From positions 6,335,757-6,399,756 of the forward strand of contig MU054187.1 of NCBI GenBank assembly GCA_013239625.1: a stretch of DNA of 64,000 nt, written 5' to 3'. The notes under the pieces are model-generated. The model had not been told where the DNA came from and searched no databases. It was given only the letters and a program-made list of their open reading frames with translations. Each line of letters opens with the position of its first letter. Position 1 is the stretch's first letter. The position numbers and the translations under genes are program-made. Positions 12,993 to 25,548 of this stretch are shown here, one piece after another. Source of the DNA: Lama guanicoe (Eukaryota).

Positions 12993-14459
12993 AAGCCATA
13001 TGTTTTGAAAGCACAAACAAAAACGCACAGCTATAATCCAAGCCATTTTTTAAAAAGCTGCCACTTTGGAACCAATAGCTTCTTCTGGGCCTCAATGCTA
13101 TGTAAATATGACGAAGACCCCAGGGCTGCAAAGCTCTGTAAGTTGGGTGTGTTAACTGTCTCTGGGGGGCCACCCGCGCAGTGCTGGGCACACAGCTGGG
13201 TCTGTGGTCCCCGGGAAGAGGATGCCGTCCGACCTCAGATGCACACAGAGAGACCCAGAGTCTCATCCTCAGTGCTAATCAGTTAGAAGACTGATTATAC
13301 ACCTCGGCCCTTCTCTGAAGACCCGGTTTCAATCCCTGCCCCCTTGCTCTCAGCAGACAGCCTCCTCTCATGAGTCATTGAGAAAATTGAGGTCATGTGT
13401 GTGCTCTCTGGTAACTTCCCACTCTCTGCCTACAATTTACCTACACCCACGCCCGTCCTCCCAACCTGGCCTCCCACTGGCAAAGATAAGGTGGCCTCCT
13501 CCTAGCCACGCCAGGCTCTCCCATGTCCTCCCTCTGCGCTCCTGGGTTCATCTCCCAACCCTTCCCCTGCCGGGAGTCTCTCTAATTCCTTGGGTCCATT
13601 CCCACGATGTCCTCTCTGCCTGTGAAGAGGCTGCAGTCTCACGGCTCTCCTGGATGACCACAGCAGCCTCCTCACCTGTCTCGTGTCCCCATTTTCCGTC
13701 TTTTGCTGTGCAGTCGGGAACCTTTTAATGTGCAAGGTCACGGGCAATTCCCAGTGCATAGGTTCCAACCCTCCCACTTTTCATTATTTCCAGGAATCCT
13801 ATCCAAATGTAAGTAACTAGGAGTGATACTAAATGCTCTTTACTTCTCCCCTCCTTCCTTTCCTCCTCTTGAAAGTAAATATTTGCGCACGTGAGTGTTA
13901 ACAGCGACGCAGCTCCGGGCGCACCTCACAGCAGACGTCGGTCGCCAGGCTTGGTCTTTCCTCTGCCCCTCAGGCGCCTCGTCACTGCCCTGAACGCCCA
14001 GTTGGACGGATTTCCATTCAGGGTCTATCCTGTAAGGTCCACCTCCCTCCTTCATGACTTTCTTCTTTGCTAATCTTATCCAGTCCCACAACGCAACTCT
14101 CATTTGTGGGGGTGAATTCCAGACCCGTGTTCCTAATGTAAAATACTAAATGTAGAGTATTTCTTTGACAGCTTCTCAAGGACCCATACTATTTCTCTTG
14201 GTTTAAGAGGTCTGAATGTTTAGGTTTTAATTTGCAGAAGTTCTGTATTTTAATGACCTACCTTGGTTGCGTATTTGGCACGGTGATGCTCTCATTATGA
14301 TGCTCACATCCGTATGAAACAAACTATTTAATGTGGTCAGGTTACCTAATTCACATAAGGAAAAAGTTAAACGCAGAAAGACGCACCCAAAACTGACTCC
14401 AGCTACATCCACAAAAACCTGATTCAGAGTATTCAAGTTTAGAATGGAGCTCTAAACAC

Positions 14460-14575
14460 AGCTAATTGGTCCGTCCATTGCGTCCCATATTTGGCACCAA
14501 AGGGGTTTTGCATATGGTGCACATGCAGCAAACAAAGTCACATTTCTCAGCTCACATCTCAGCATAAGATAAAAC
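14460..14575. promoter_or_regulatory. Candidate enhancer containing a perfect CArG box
   Basis: CCATATTTGG at 14485-14494 fits CC(A/T)6GG. Neighbours: CTAATTGG (14462), CATATG E-box (14511), AAACAAAG (14530), AGATAA (14567), all in non-repeat DNA. Confidence 0.3.
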
Positions 14576-17449
14576 AGTCAGGCATCATAAGTATATGTTT
14601 GCCAGTAGACAAATGATCTTCCAGATAGAACTGTCTACCTATTATCTTTAAGTCAAATCTCTCAAATCTCTAGGAAAATCAAGCTTGGTGAAAAGTAATA
14701 AACTCCAAGTGAAACGATACGGTTTTCCTTGATTGAAGTCTGTATATTTTTGGTGTTCAGCTGTCATTTTGTATCGATGATATTCTGTTTCATGTAGTTT
14801 TCAGCACTTCCTCCAAGTTGAATTTCCTTTCGTCTGATTCTTCTGTTTACTATGTTTATGGTGGTGGAGTGGTGGGGTGGATAATAATAGTCTCCTTGCA
14901 GGCTTGTTTGTAAAAACAACTACGCATTTAAAGCGCCTGACACTTTGGAGGCATTTAACAACTGTTAAATGAATAAACACCATGAGAATTCAGAGAAAGG
15001 AACTATTATTCCCAGCTTGGCCGAACAGAGAGGTCTCCAATAGAAGTGTTTGATCTTTGAGAATCTGGAGAGTGAAATAGAAATTGGAGATCACCCCTTC
15101 CCTTTTATTTACTTTATTTTATTTTATTTTACCCCGTCGCTTTTAAAATGCTTTTCTACGTCTTTTCTTTTCCCCCCTCCTGTTCAAGTGAGCACACACA
15201 TGGCTTCTTTTTATGATCAAGCTGTAATCTTTACCTACACTTTTTCCAAAGTCAGCACTTCATCACTGGCCCAGCTTGCGGGGAGGGACCCTCCAGCAGC
15301 CTTAGGGAACGGGAGGCACCACGAACTGCTCAAGGAGCATGGCCCGGGTTGATGGATGGATGCCAGGTGGTGGCAGGTGGCTGTTTTCACGTCGCAGCCA
15401 CTGGCAAATGAAAGAGGTGTGTGGAGATCATTCTCCCCAGAGGCTGTTCATTTCTCTCCGGCTGAAAGGGCAATGAATTGATCCAAAACAGGACCAAAAG
15501 TTTGAAAGAATTACGGCAGATCAGTCAAGCACCCCTAAGTTTATCTGGATAAAAATGCACAAGCATCCTCCAGTGTTGACAAGCTGCGACCTCTGTAGAG
15601 GCTGAAAGATGGGGATTGAGCTAAGCTAATAGGGCTGCTACATTCCTTAAATGCATGAAATAGATGTAAATTAAAATGAAATAACTTTTAAATTGGTCAC
15701 ATCTTCTTAGCCTTAAACTACGATTAAAACTACTCTAAGCATGACGCCAATACAGGTATTTCCCAAGTTATAAACACCTAATTTTTGATTGCCCATAAAT
15801 GTGATTGATTGGTTAGGTACTGGTTTCCCTCAAATATCCTTGCCTCCCTCTTCAAACATGCTCTTCCTAGAAAATACTCATCAAGTCTTGGGCCATTGAA
15901 TAACCACCACTGCCGCCTTGATGACCAAGGGAGTCTGGCAGACACAATGGCTTGGATTACGGTCCCTCCTTCCCCTCCCTCTCTTTACAGCTCAGTCAAC
16001 TCAAGCTCAGATAAACTTGTCCTCACAGATCCTATTTAACTTTCTTCTTCTCTACATCTTCCAATTCGTGCCAAATTACATCAGAAAAAAATTAATATTG
16101 GATTTTCTACCAAGAGTTTGATGCTATGGAATTAAACAAGGAATAGTGCCATGTCTGGCCCTTGCTGAGTTTAAAATCTAAAGAAAATCATTTATCTCTA
16201 TGTCTGTCTGTCTATCTATCTACTTACCATGAAATGAAACAGGGCAGGGTACCCTGATCTGACTCAAAAGAAAGCTATGATGGGAAAAGTCAGTTTTACA
16301 CATTTCTTTCTTCTTTATTAGTTCTGTCTCTCTTCCTCCATCTCTCTCCTTCTCTCTCTGTCTCACTTTTTTTTTTTGCACCATTTTACAGCGTCTGGTC
16401 TGTTTATATGCTTTTGCCTTATTTATATGACTCTGTTCTATTTTTTAGTTACACACTGGTATGGAAAATGTATGCCTGCTGGGTGGGAGCCCCTTTGTCT
16501 CCCATTTGCCTTTTCCTTTTCCCTGTGAAATCAGATACCCACGAGATAGGGCTAAGAGCACAGCACGTGTTAGCAAACGAGCAGAGTAGCCTGTAATCTC
16601 TCTCTCCTTCTGTGCTCCCATTTCCTGACCAGCCAACATATCAGCGAGTGTTTTTCTGCAGCGCTGGCAGGATCAAAAGTCAGGCAAAGATGATTCGGGT
16701 TCCGTTTCTATTATGAAATAATTGTCGTATCTGCATGATAATACACACATATATGCCTGCAAAATTATCTGCCTCCTAAGCATCCATTCACGCCACGGAG
16801 AAGATGATGAATGTACCAGATGCTTCCATGTTGCTGAGCTCACGGAGCTGGGCGGGGCAGGGCAGTTTGCCAGCTGTTTGGGTGGCTCTGTTGGGAGAAT
16901 GCGTCATCCTAGCAGCTCCTGCTGTACCACCCCTGATACTGGTTCTAATATGTCCCACTGGAAGAAGGCCAGAGCCCCTACACCAAAACTGAGGCCCATT
17001 TTTCATCTTCTGGCAATAGTGCATTCCTAGCTTCCCCTCCGCCGGCGGCAAGCCTCCGGCTAGGCCAGCACCGGTGTGATGCTGGTGCACCGCGGTTCCC
17101 GGGCGCGCTTCAATGTGTTGTTCTGAGGTTATGGCTCCTGCTTTATATTTTCACATTTGTTCCTCTTTTATATTTTCACATTTGTTCCTTGAAATATTTA
17201 CCAAAACATGCTATTGAGCTTGGGCCAGATCTCAGCCCAGAAACCAGATAATCCACCTTTCTCGGAAGGAACAGCATTCAGCTATTCCTGAGCTCCTTAA
17301 AGTCACCAAGCCCGCTACAATTAAACCCGTTCAAAGCTTCTGCCAGCAGAACAGGGTTTGAACTTGGGGCTAGAGGGGAGGAGAATGAGAGGAAACGCTC
17401 TGCTCTGGATTAGGCAGCATGCAAGTCCTCACTCCGCTCCAACAGCTGG

Positions 17450-17950
17450 GAGAGGCAGCGCCGGAGGTCTCAGTGGGCCCCGGACCGCGCCGCAGCCACG
17501 TGATGACGCGGGGTTGGGGGGCCTGTGAGTCTGCACCCCTGGAGGCTCGCGTTGCCATGCAATGGGCAGCAAGGGGGCTGGCTCCTCCGCCCGCAGCCTT
17601 TGTGTCCTTGAGCCAGACTGAGCTGGCTTGACTTGGGATCAGGCGCCCCTGCTGTCCTATTGTCTTAACAAGTGGAGCTGAGGGCGGAGGAGGCCGAGGG
17701 GACTGCTGATCTGAAGCTTTAAATAGAACCGCGTCCAGGCTCTCCCGGGCCTGGATCCGACAGGATTCGTGGCCAGACTGCCTGCCCGATAAGGCCGCCT
17801 GTCTGAGGGGCGCAAGAGGCCGCTGATAAAAGAAGCTGCGTGGCACAGGCCGCAGGGAGGAGGAAGGTTTATTTGTTTTGCATTCTGCAGTGTGATTGTG
17901 TTAACTGGGGGACCAAGACACACACAGCGGAACTGCCCCCGTGCTCTGCT
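17450..17950. promoter_or_regulatory. CpG-rich candidate enhancer or alternative promoter
   Basis: Unique, CpG-retaining sequence with CACGTG (17497), TGACGC (17504), ATTGT (17659), CTTTAAATAG (17717), GATAAG (17788), TGATAA (17824) and GTTTATTTGTTTTG (17867). Confidence 0.45.
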
Positions 17951-18487
17951 GTGAGGCCCAAGTGAGGACTTTTATTGGTTCACTGGGGACTGATCTGGTT
18001 TAGGACACCTGGATGTTTTTGTGTGTTTGTTTGTCTGCAGTCTGTCCAGAGCAGGGGTCAGGTGTGGTGAGATGTAGTGCCTTGGTCAGGAAGCGTGGAA
18101 GTTTCTGGTTTCTGCTTCTATCTATTTTTGTGGCCATCTTAATTTGTGTTACCGCTTGGGTTTTCTATGAGCCTGGAATACATGCAAACCATCAGATTCA
18201 GAGTGAAACCTCAGAAGATTTAATCTAATTCATTCTGAAACTGGTTGTATTTTTTCACTTTAACAATAAATCCAGTAAGTTCAAGGGACACTTGTGGATG
18301 TTGCTAATTTTCCTTTCTTCTTTTTGATGTTGGTCGACACAAAATCCACCAGAGTAGAGACCTCGGGCGTTTTCATGTACATCGGGCTGGTCCTTCTCGC
18401 TCTGTGTGCCAACTGTCTCTATTGGGCTAATGTTTCCTCCCAAATTTTCCCCCAAATTGGATGTCATTGAGGCAAAAGAGTTATACA

Positions 18488-18962
18488 CAGGCGTACCTCG
18501 TTTTATTGCACTTGGCTTTATTGTGCTTTGCAGATACCATCGTTTTTTTAAAAAAAATAAATAAAACGAAGATCTGTGGCAACCCCAAGTGGAATAAGTC
18601 TCTGCACGTCATTTTTCCAACCGTGTTGGCTCACTACGTATCTGTCCCATTTTGATAATTCTCGAAATTTTTCAGATTTTTTCATTATCATGTTTGTGTT
18701 GGTGGTCAGTGATCTTTTATGTTACTACAATTCTCTGAAGGCTTAGATGATGGTCAGCATCTTTTAGCAATAAAATATTTTTAAACGTAAGTACACTTTT
18801 TTGAACACAATGCTTTGGCACACTTAGCAGACCATAGTGGAGTGTAAACGTAACTTTTGTATGCACTGGAAACCAGCAGATTCATGGGACTCACTTGATT
18901 GCGATATTTGCTTTCTTATGGTGGTCTGGACCCTAAGGTGCAATGTCTCTGAGATAAGCCTG
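18488..18962 (+). mobile_element. Internally deleted Tigger1-type DNA transposon (TcMar-Tigger MITE, Tigger1a-like)
   Basis: 5' TIR caggcgtacctcgttttattgcacttggctttattg and 3' TIR tctctgagataagcctg followed by TA; 475 bp; no transposase ORF. Confidence 0.9.
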
Positions 18963-19944
18963 TAAATGCATTTTTTCTCGTTAAATTTTTCAAAACCAAC
19001 ATCCTATTATGTGATAAACATGCAATATTAAGCTGAAAATTCAAACTAGCCCAGTTAGGGGATATTTACTTTTAGAATTTTCTAAAAACATCATTTGTGA
19101 AGGCTGAGGGAAAAATAGGTAGGAGTAATTTACCTGTGAGATCAAAAACATGCCAAAGACCAAGCATTATTTCTCTGAAAGATGTTATTTGGAAAAAACA
19201 CAAAACACCTGGTTTATATTATAAAATAAAAGCGTAGCAAGAGTAGAGGTCTTTGAGACATCAGCTTTTATATTTCTAGAATTTTATAATCACTCTGATT
19301 CGATTTCTTTAAAAACAAAACAAAACTTCTGTTTTTCCTGTTTGAGTTTGCTTCCATTGTTGGGGAGGGGCAGTGGCATGAGGTCGGGGGTGGGGGGACA
19401 CGCCACAGATGATATTAAAGGAACCCCTTGTGACTTCTCTCTTTACTTTTCATATCTCAATTCCCTGGCGGTTCAATTTAGCTCCTGAGGTGCTGACAGC
19501 TGGTAATACGTTAAACTGCAATCCACTTTTCCCAAGTTATTGATATTTCCTAACTGAGGTTTAATGGTGTGACTTGGCTTAGGTGAAAATGTGCCAAGGT
19601 CTTGGGTCTCCTGTGTTTCATCCAGGTTTGTTATAGTTCCAGGAGCTTACTGCCGGCAGCTAGAATCCATGCTGACGCCTGGTCCCCCCAGGGCAAATGA
19701 GTATTCGTTACCTATTACTTTCAAAACGCTTCTTTCTACACAGACCAACAAAGGGACCACACAGTGATTCTTTCTTTTGGGCTGTTTATTTGCCCTAGTT
19801 ACAAAAGCTGGTGAGTCAAAGAGATTGAAAATATTCAGTTTTGCAAAATTAAAGGCTGTTTATGTTACAGAAAATAGTCCTAATTAATTTTAGCAAAAAA
19901 GCCATTCAGGAAGGAAAAAAAAAGCCAGTATACCTGGGTCTAGG

Positions 19945-20052
19945 TAGGAGTGACTTTGCACAACATTGTGACAATACTAAAATGTCACTAACGCTGAATT
20001 TTATGTTATATGTATTTTGCCGCCTTTTTTATTAAAAAACTCAATAAAAAAA
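19945..20052 (+). mobile_element. L1M 3' tip
   Basis: ttgcacaacattgtgacaatactaaaatgtcact...gaattttatgttatatgtattttgcc, then A-rich tail. Confidence 0.7.
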
Positions 20053-20739
20053 GTTTATCTTACTCTAGTGTCTGAGAATGTTGTTAATCATTGTAGCTGT
20101 GTGGTTTCCAATGAGGTGGAGGGAAAAGCCAGTGGAGGCAGGGGGGTAATATTCCAAACCTGGAGTTCTCTATTGCTGGCCCTAAATTTTATCATGGCAA
20201 GTGGCAGATAATTTGAATATTCTTAGTACAGCAGTTTCTTAGCAATAAGAACCTAACAGTTGTGGTGGTCACTATTTGTAAGAAAAACAGCTTACAGTCC
20301 ATAATTTATAGTAATTTGTCATTTGGAGGAGATAAAACTCCCAGCAGTACATATTACCAGGCTCGTTGGCTGTCAGTATCTCTCCTGGTTGCCTACTCCC
20401 AACATGTGCATTGTGACATTCGCAAAGTGATTAAAACTTTTGTTCCTTGGGATAAAATGGTCATTAAGTAAGAGGAAAAGCTAAGAGAAGATAGAAAATG
20501 TAGTCAATACGTGGAGAGTTGATAAACACGTAGCTATGGACAGAGACACAATGAAGGAGGCATGAAGAGGTGTATCAACATATCTGCTCTCTGGGATTCA
20601 TTTGGCCCCCAGGCCTTCTTTCCCTTGTGGATGTCAGGGATAGTGTATAATCTATGTTATCCATCGCATCAAAAACCCATAATGAGTGTGCTCAAAACCA
20701 AGGGTTGACTTCTGAAAATAACAGGGTTTCAATTACATT

Positions 20740-21525
20740 CAGGGTAGATTTATTGAGCATGTACTGTTTGCTAAGCATGACCTTGTGGGAGGGCATGGGG
20801 ATGAGTGAGGCATGGACTGTGTCCTCAAGCAACTAGAAATATCATAGACAGACGGACAGGTGCCCGTGGGACAGTCATTCTCTAATAAAAGATGGTGTTA
20901 AATGCTGAAAGGGAAGGTGGCCTGGAGGTTCACAAGGCAGAAAGAGCAAACAAGAGCTCGCTTTTGGTTGTGAGGTTGTGGTGTGTGCGGTTGGTACTTT
21001 TCTAAAGGAGATGGTGTGTGAAGACTGAGTAAGCACTTGGCAAACTAAGAAAGCCCTTTAGGTGGCAGAGTGGAAACGATAAAGGCAAAGGCATGAAATA
21101 GGAAATGCCCAGGTGTTGGGAAAATGCTATTAATTTTAGTTTGGCTGGGAGTAGATTGTTTGTAGGAGATGGATGAGAGTCCAGATTAGAGATGTTGATT
21201 GGTCCTAAATGTCAGGGTAAGAATGCTGTCTATAATCCAGAAAGTGCTGGGAAGACACCAACAGGCTCTTAGGAAGCAGTGAAATGATCCAAGTCATGCT
21301 TCACGGATAGTGAGGACTGAACTGGGATGGTTTGGGAAGAGCCCTGCAGAGAGGAAGCTGGTAGAATGCCCTGTGAGGAAGCGAGAGCAGAAGGAATGGG
21401 GACCTGGGCCAGGCTGGTGGCAGCAGGGAAAAAAAGAGAAGAGGCAGAATCTACATTTGATTTGGCAACAAATCGGGTACAGGTGGATTAAGGAGCGTTC
21501 TGAAAAGATGGCAACTTGAGTATGT
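20740..21525 (-). mobile_element. LINE L2
   Basis: atttattgagcatgtactgtttgctaagca; later gggcc aggctggtggcagcagggaaaaaagagaag...gatttggcaacaaatcggg. Confidence 0.7.
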
Positions 21526-21779
21526 GCAGGCTTCCTCTCAATGAACACCCCTCTCCCGAGCCAATGCCTGCTGAAGCCAGCAGGCATGCCAGGCTGGAGG
21601 GTATGAGGATGGCCCCATCACTGGCTGGTTCCTTTGGAGGGAGCTGATGCAGGATTTCTCCTCTGGGTGCTTGACAAGAGCCTGGAGTTAGTGGGAAGAG
21701 CCTAGATGAGACAAAATAAAGTAAACTGCATCTTGGTCTGCAGAGATAAGAGTGTTATTGTTGTGGGTGTAAACAGAAG

Positions 21780-22782
21780 GGAAGACTTCTGGTTTTCAGT
21801 CTGGCTTGTAAAAAGCTTAGAAGTCATTACTCTCATCCTCACAGCAAGAAAAAAGCTTCACAAACTGAAAATCAATGATTCTTATTAGATTCACCAGAGA
21901 ACTGAAGTCATAGCACAAACCACTGCCCCCAAAATTAGAGATCCAGAAAGGCAGTTTATTGGAGTAGAGGTACCAGAGCAGAAACCTCCGCTGGAAACTG
22001 TACCAGGTTCCTTTCATCAGTACATTGTACCCTGCTTTCAGCAAAAAATTACAAACATGCTAAAAGATACAAATCACAGTTTGAAGAGACAGAGCAAACA
22101 TCAGAACCAGACTCAGATATGGCAGAGATGTTAGAATTATGAAACTGGGGATTTAAACCAACTATGATTAATAGGCTAAGGGCTTTAATTCCAAAAGTGA
22201 ACAACATTCAGGAAGAGATGGATAACAAGCAGGGAGGCGGAAACTCTAAGCACCAAAAGGAAGGCTAGCAGTTAAAAACAAAAACAAACAAACAAACAAA
22301 AACCCTGTAACAGAAATGAAGAATGCCTTCGATGCACTCATCAATAGACTGGACACAGCTGAGGAAAGAATCAATGAGCTTGAAGAAGTGTCCAAACTTC
22401 CAAAACAACACAAAGGGAAAAGGGAATGCAAAAGTCTGAACAGAATATGCAAGAACTGTGATACAGTTACAAAAGGTGTGATATTTGCATAACAGGAATA
22501 CCAGAGGAGAGGAAAGAAAGAGGAACAGAAAAACTATTAAAAGAATAATGGTTGAGGATTTCCTAAAATTAATGATGGACACCGAAGCACAGAACCAGGA
22601 AGCTCAGAGAACACCAAGAGGATAAATACCAAAAAATGATGCCTTGGCATATCATACTTAAACTGTAGAAAACCAAAGACAAGGAGAAAAATTTCAAAGA
22701 AGCCCCAGGGTGGGGTGGGGAATACATTTATTTATAAAGGGGCAGGGATAAGAATTACATCGGACTTTTCTTCAGAAACCAG
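21780..22782 (+). mobile_element. Ancient L1M 5' UTR and degraded ORF1
   Basis: Begins gacttctggttttcag. ORF1-like segments: cagaaccagactcagatatggcagagatgttagaa; tcaatagactggacacagctgaggaaagaatcaatgagcttgaag; ccaggaagctcagagaacaccaag; gataagaattacatcggacttttcttcagaaacc. Many stops and frameshifts. Confidence 0.88.
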
Positions 22783-22960
22783 ACTAGACTCGGATTGTGT
22801 ACATGTCCCCCTTTTGTGCTAGAAAATGAGGCAAAACATGGTTAGGCTACTGAGAAGATAAGGCTAAGACCAAGAATTCAGTGCCTAGCCAAGAGAACAA
22901 TTATCTGATAGAGTGAAAGAAAGATGTTGGTGAATTTGCAAGGATTTAAGTCTCTATTTA

Positions 22961-23075
22961 GTAGAATGACTAAATTGCCGTAGTCTGTCCAGAACTTTGT
23001 CCATCTTGGCATCAAACATTCTGTTTCCTGGGAAACCTCTCGGTCTTAGGCAAACTGGGGCAACTGGTCACCCTG
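22961..23075 (-). mobile_element. MER81-like hAT MITE
   Basis: About 115 bp with degenerate TIRs tagaatgact... and ...ggcaaactggggcaactggtcaccctg; internal gggaaacctctcggtc. Confidence 0.65.
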
Positions 23076-23142
23076 AAAATATACTCCCTATAAAGGAAAC
23101 CAACATCAAGTGAAAAAAAAAAGTAGAGACCTCAAGGTGGGG

Positions 23143-23272
23143 TAGTGGTTCTCAACCAGGGGTGATTTTGTGCCCCCCTATCTCCCTTCCTTGAAATTTG
23201 GTACTATCTGGAGATGGTTTTGGTTGTCACAACTTGGGAAGGTGAGAATTTAGCTACTAGCATCCAGAGGCG
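23143..23272 (+). mobile_element. MER20 (hAT-Charlie) 5' part
   Basis: agtggttctcaaccaggggtgattttgtgcccc...tctggagatggttttggttgtcacaacttggg. Confidence 0.85.
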
Positions 23273-23499
23273 TCACGGGCACACCGCTGGAGGTCAGCCT
23301 CTCAGACAGTCACCTGCACTGCCATCCCCAGGGCTCCTACCAATTCCCCTGTGCATTGGAGCATGAGGAGGGAGTCGGGGAAAGAGAAACAGAATGCTCT
23401 AACTCAAGCTGGCTTTGAGCTCTCTGGACATGACTGACTCCTTCATGGATCTTCTTGGGGGGCTCTGCAAGAGCCCAGCTGTGACACCCATGTAGTAAG

Positions 23500-24000
23500 C
23501 CGTGCACTTTCCTTTTGTGATCCCACTGTGCACTCTACTACCAGGTGATCAATATCCTGTTTGCCTTATTTTCATTAGTTCCTTTTCTTTATACTTCTAT
23601 TTCACATGTTAGTATTCTATAACGTGTTGCTTGATTTGAACTTTATGAAGTGGTTTCAAACTATATGTAACATTTTCCTATGATTTGCTTAATTCACTTG
23701 CTTTTAAGTTACTAGGATTCATCCGTGTTGAAGCACATAGCGAAAATTTCTCCATGTTCACTGCATGTCCATTGTGTGAATATGTAATGATGTATTCAAA
23801 GATTTTCCTGTCAATAGATACTTGATTCATTGGCATTTTTGCGAGTATATACTACCCTGTCTTACATGTTTTAAAGGAGCCCATAGGGTATATACCTGGG
23901 GGAGGGCTTGCTGGGTTAGATGGCATCACTTTAATTATTATCAAATTGTTTTCCAAAGTTGTTGATCACCACTTCTTCAATGTCTACCTTACCAGCAATG
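23500..24000 (-). mobile_element. L1ME-like fragment
   Basis: tttgaactttatgaagtgg; ttactaggattcatccgtgttg; tagggtatatacctgggggagggcttgctgggtta; caaattgttttccaaagt. Confidence 0.7.
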
Positions 24001-24499
24001 GGGACTCTAACTCAGGACAGAAAGTCCTTGATGTCATTCATTTCCAAAGAAATTATTAAGAATCTCCCAGGGAGCAGGTCCCGTGGCTTCGTGAACCACC
24101 CTGATGCTAGTCTGAGTTCCTACGAGGAAGTTCTCCCTCATACTTCCTGCTGTAATTTGAGCACCTCCCTCCTTTTAAAGTTATTCTCTCTTTGTTAGTC
24201 ATTAGCATCCTCTGGGCAGTAGAGTTTTTACTTTTCAGCACTCGTTCCTTTTCCGATAAGGAGATATATCACAGTTGAAAGGTCTTTCAGATAATATCAT
24301 GTTCTAGTGTATAACTCGAGATTTAAAGACCTGACATGCCTTAAATCCACATTTAAGAGCTTTGAATGATGGCGTTCTGTGTGTGTAGTGCTTTATAATG
24401 CAGATAGCCTGGTCCACCCTCCAGAAGGCAGAAGGCTTTCTTCCCTTTATTAATTATATCCTGTCCATGCTCTCTATGGCAGGCTGAATAATGACCCAT

Positions 24500-25099
24500 G
24501 GGTTTTTGAGAATGTTCTTCCAGAAGAATATGCCACTGGGATTGAAGAGGACACAGAAAGGATGAAATAAAATAAGGCTGGTGGACTCCCCAAATTCCAC
24601 AGAGCAGAGACAGACTGATAAAAGTACTCAACTGCAAACATGCAGTACCCTTCGAGAAAAAAGATGACTTGGAGGGTGGAGCTGTGGGCCAGGAGCCAGG
24701 GAGAATTATTCCCAGGTCCCGAAACGCCATGGAGCTCACCTGGTCGCACTGGGATGTTGGTTGAGACCCAAGCACTCGCTGTTTCCTGTCATTGTCCCCC
24801 TTCTTGAATGGCTGTCTGTAACTGTTATCCTATGTGTGTCTCATCACGGTTTTTTCTGGAACCTACAATTCATTTTCTAATTTCATGAGTCCACAGGAGA
24901 GGGCTTGGCCCCAGGATAGATTATATGAAGAGACTCACCTGTACCTGATTTGGATTTCCTAGATGAGATTTGGGGGCTGATGAGACTTGGATGAGATTTT
25001 GGATTTGAAGTTGTAATGGGTTAAGACCTTTGGGAACCTTGAGATGGAGTGAATGAATGGATTTTGCATGTGTATCTCTGAGGGGGTCAGAGGGTGGAC
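24500..25099 (+). mobile_element. MaLR (MLT1) internal-sequence remnant ending in a polypurine tract
   Basis: gagactcacctgtacctgatttgg...gatgagattttggatttgaagttgtaatgggttaagacctttggg...attttgcatgtg...gagggggtcagagggtggac directly before the LTR; left boundary uncertain. Confidence 0.65.
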
Positions 25100-25548
25100 T
25101 GCGGAAGGCCGAGTAATGACTCCAGAAATATGTTCATGCCTGAATCCCCAGGACCTGTGGCTGTTATTTTACGTGGCAAAAGGGACTTCGCTGATGTGAT
25201 TCAGTTAAGGACCTTGACATGGAGATTATCCTGGTTCATCCAGGTGTTCTTTTAAGACGGATGTAGGAGGAATCAGAGACGGAGGAAGAGGCCATGTGAA
25301 GCAGAGATTCGACTGATGGGGCCATTCAGCCAAGGAATGCCAGAAGCCTCTAGAAGGTGAAAGAGAGAAGGGACAGATTCTCCCCTGGGGCCTCCGGAAA
25401 AAAATTGGATTCTGCTGACACCTTGATTGAGGCCCTATGAGACATTTTGTTCCTCTGACCCCTAGAATTGTCAGGAAAACATTTGTGTTGTTTTAAGGCA
25501 CGAAGTTTGTGGGAATTTGTTACAAAGCATCAGTAAGAAACTAATACA
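25100..25548 (+). mobile_element. MLT1D-like MaLR LTR, full length
   Basis: TG...CA ends (tgcggaaggccgagtaatgactcc ... gaaactaataca); tacgtggcaaaagggacttcgctgatgtgattcagttaaggaccttga; cagccaaggaatgcc; ctgctgacaccttgatt. Confidence 0.9.
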
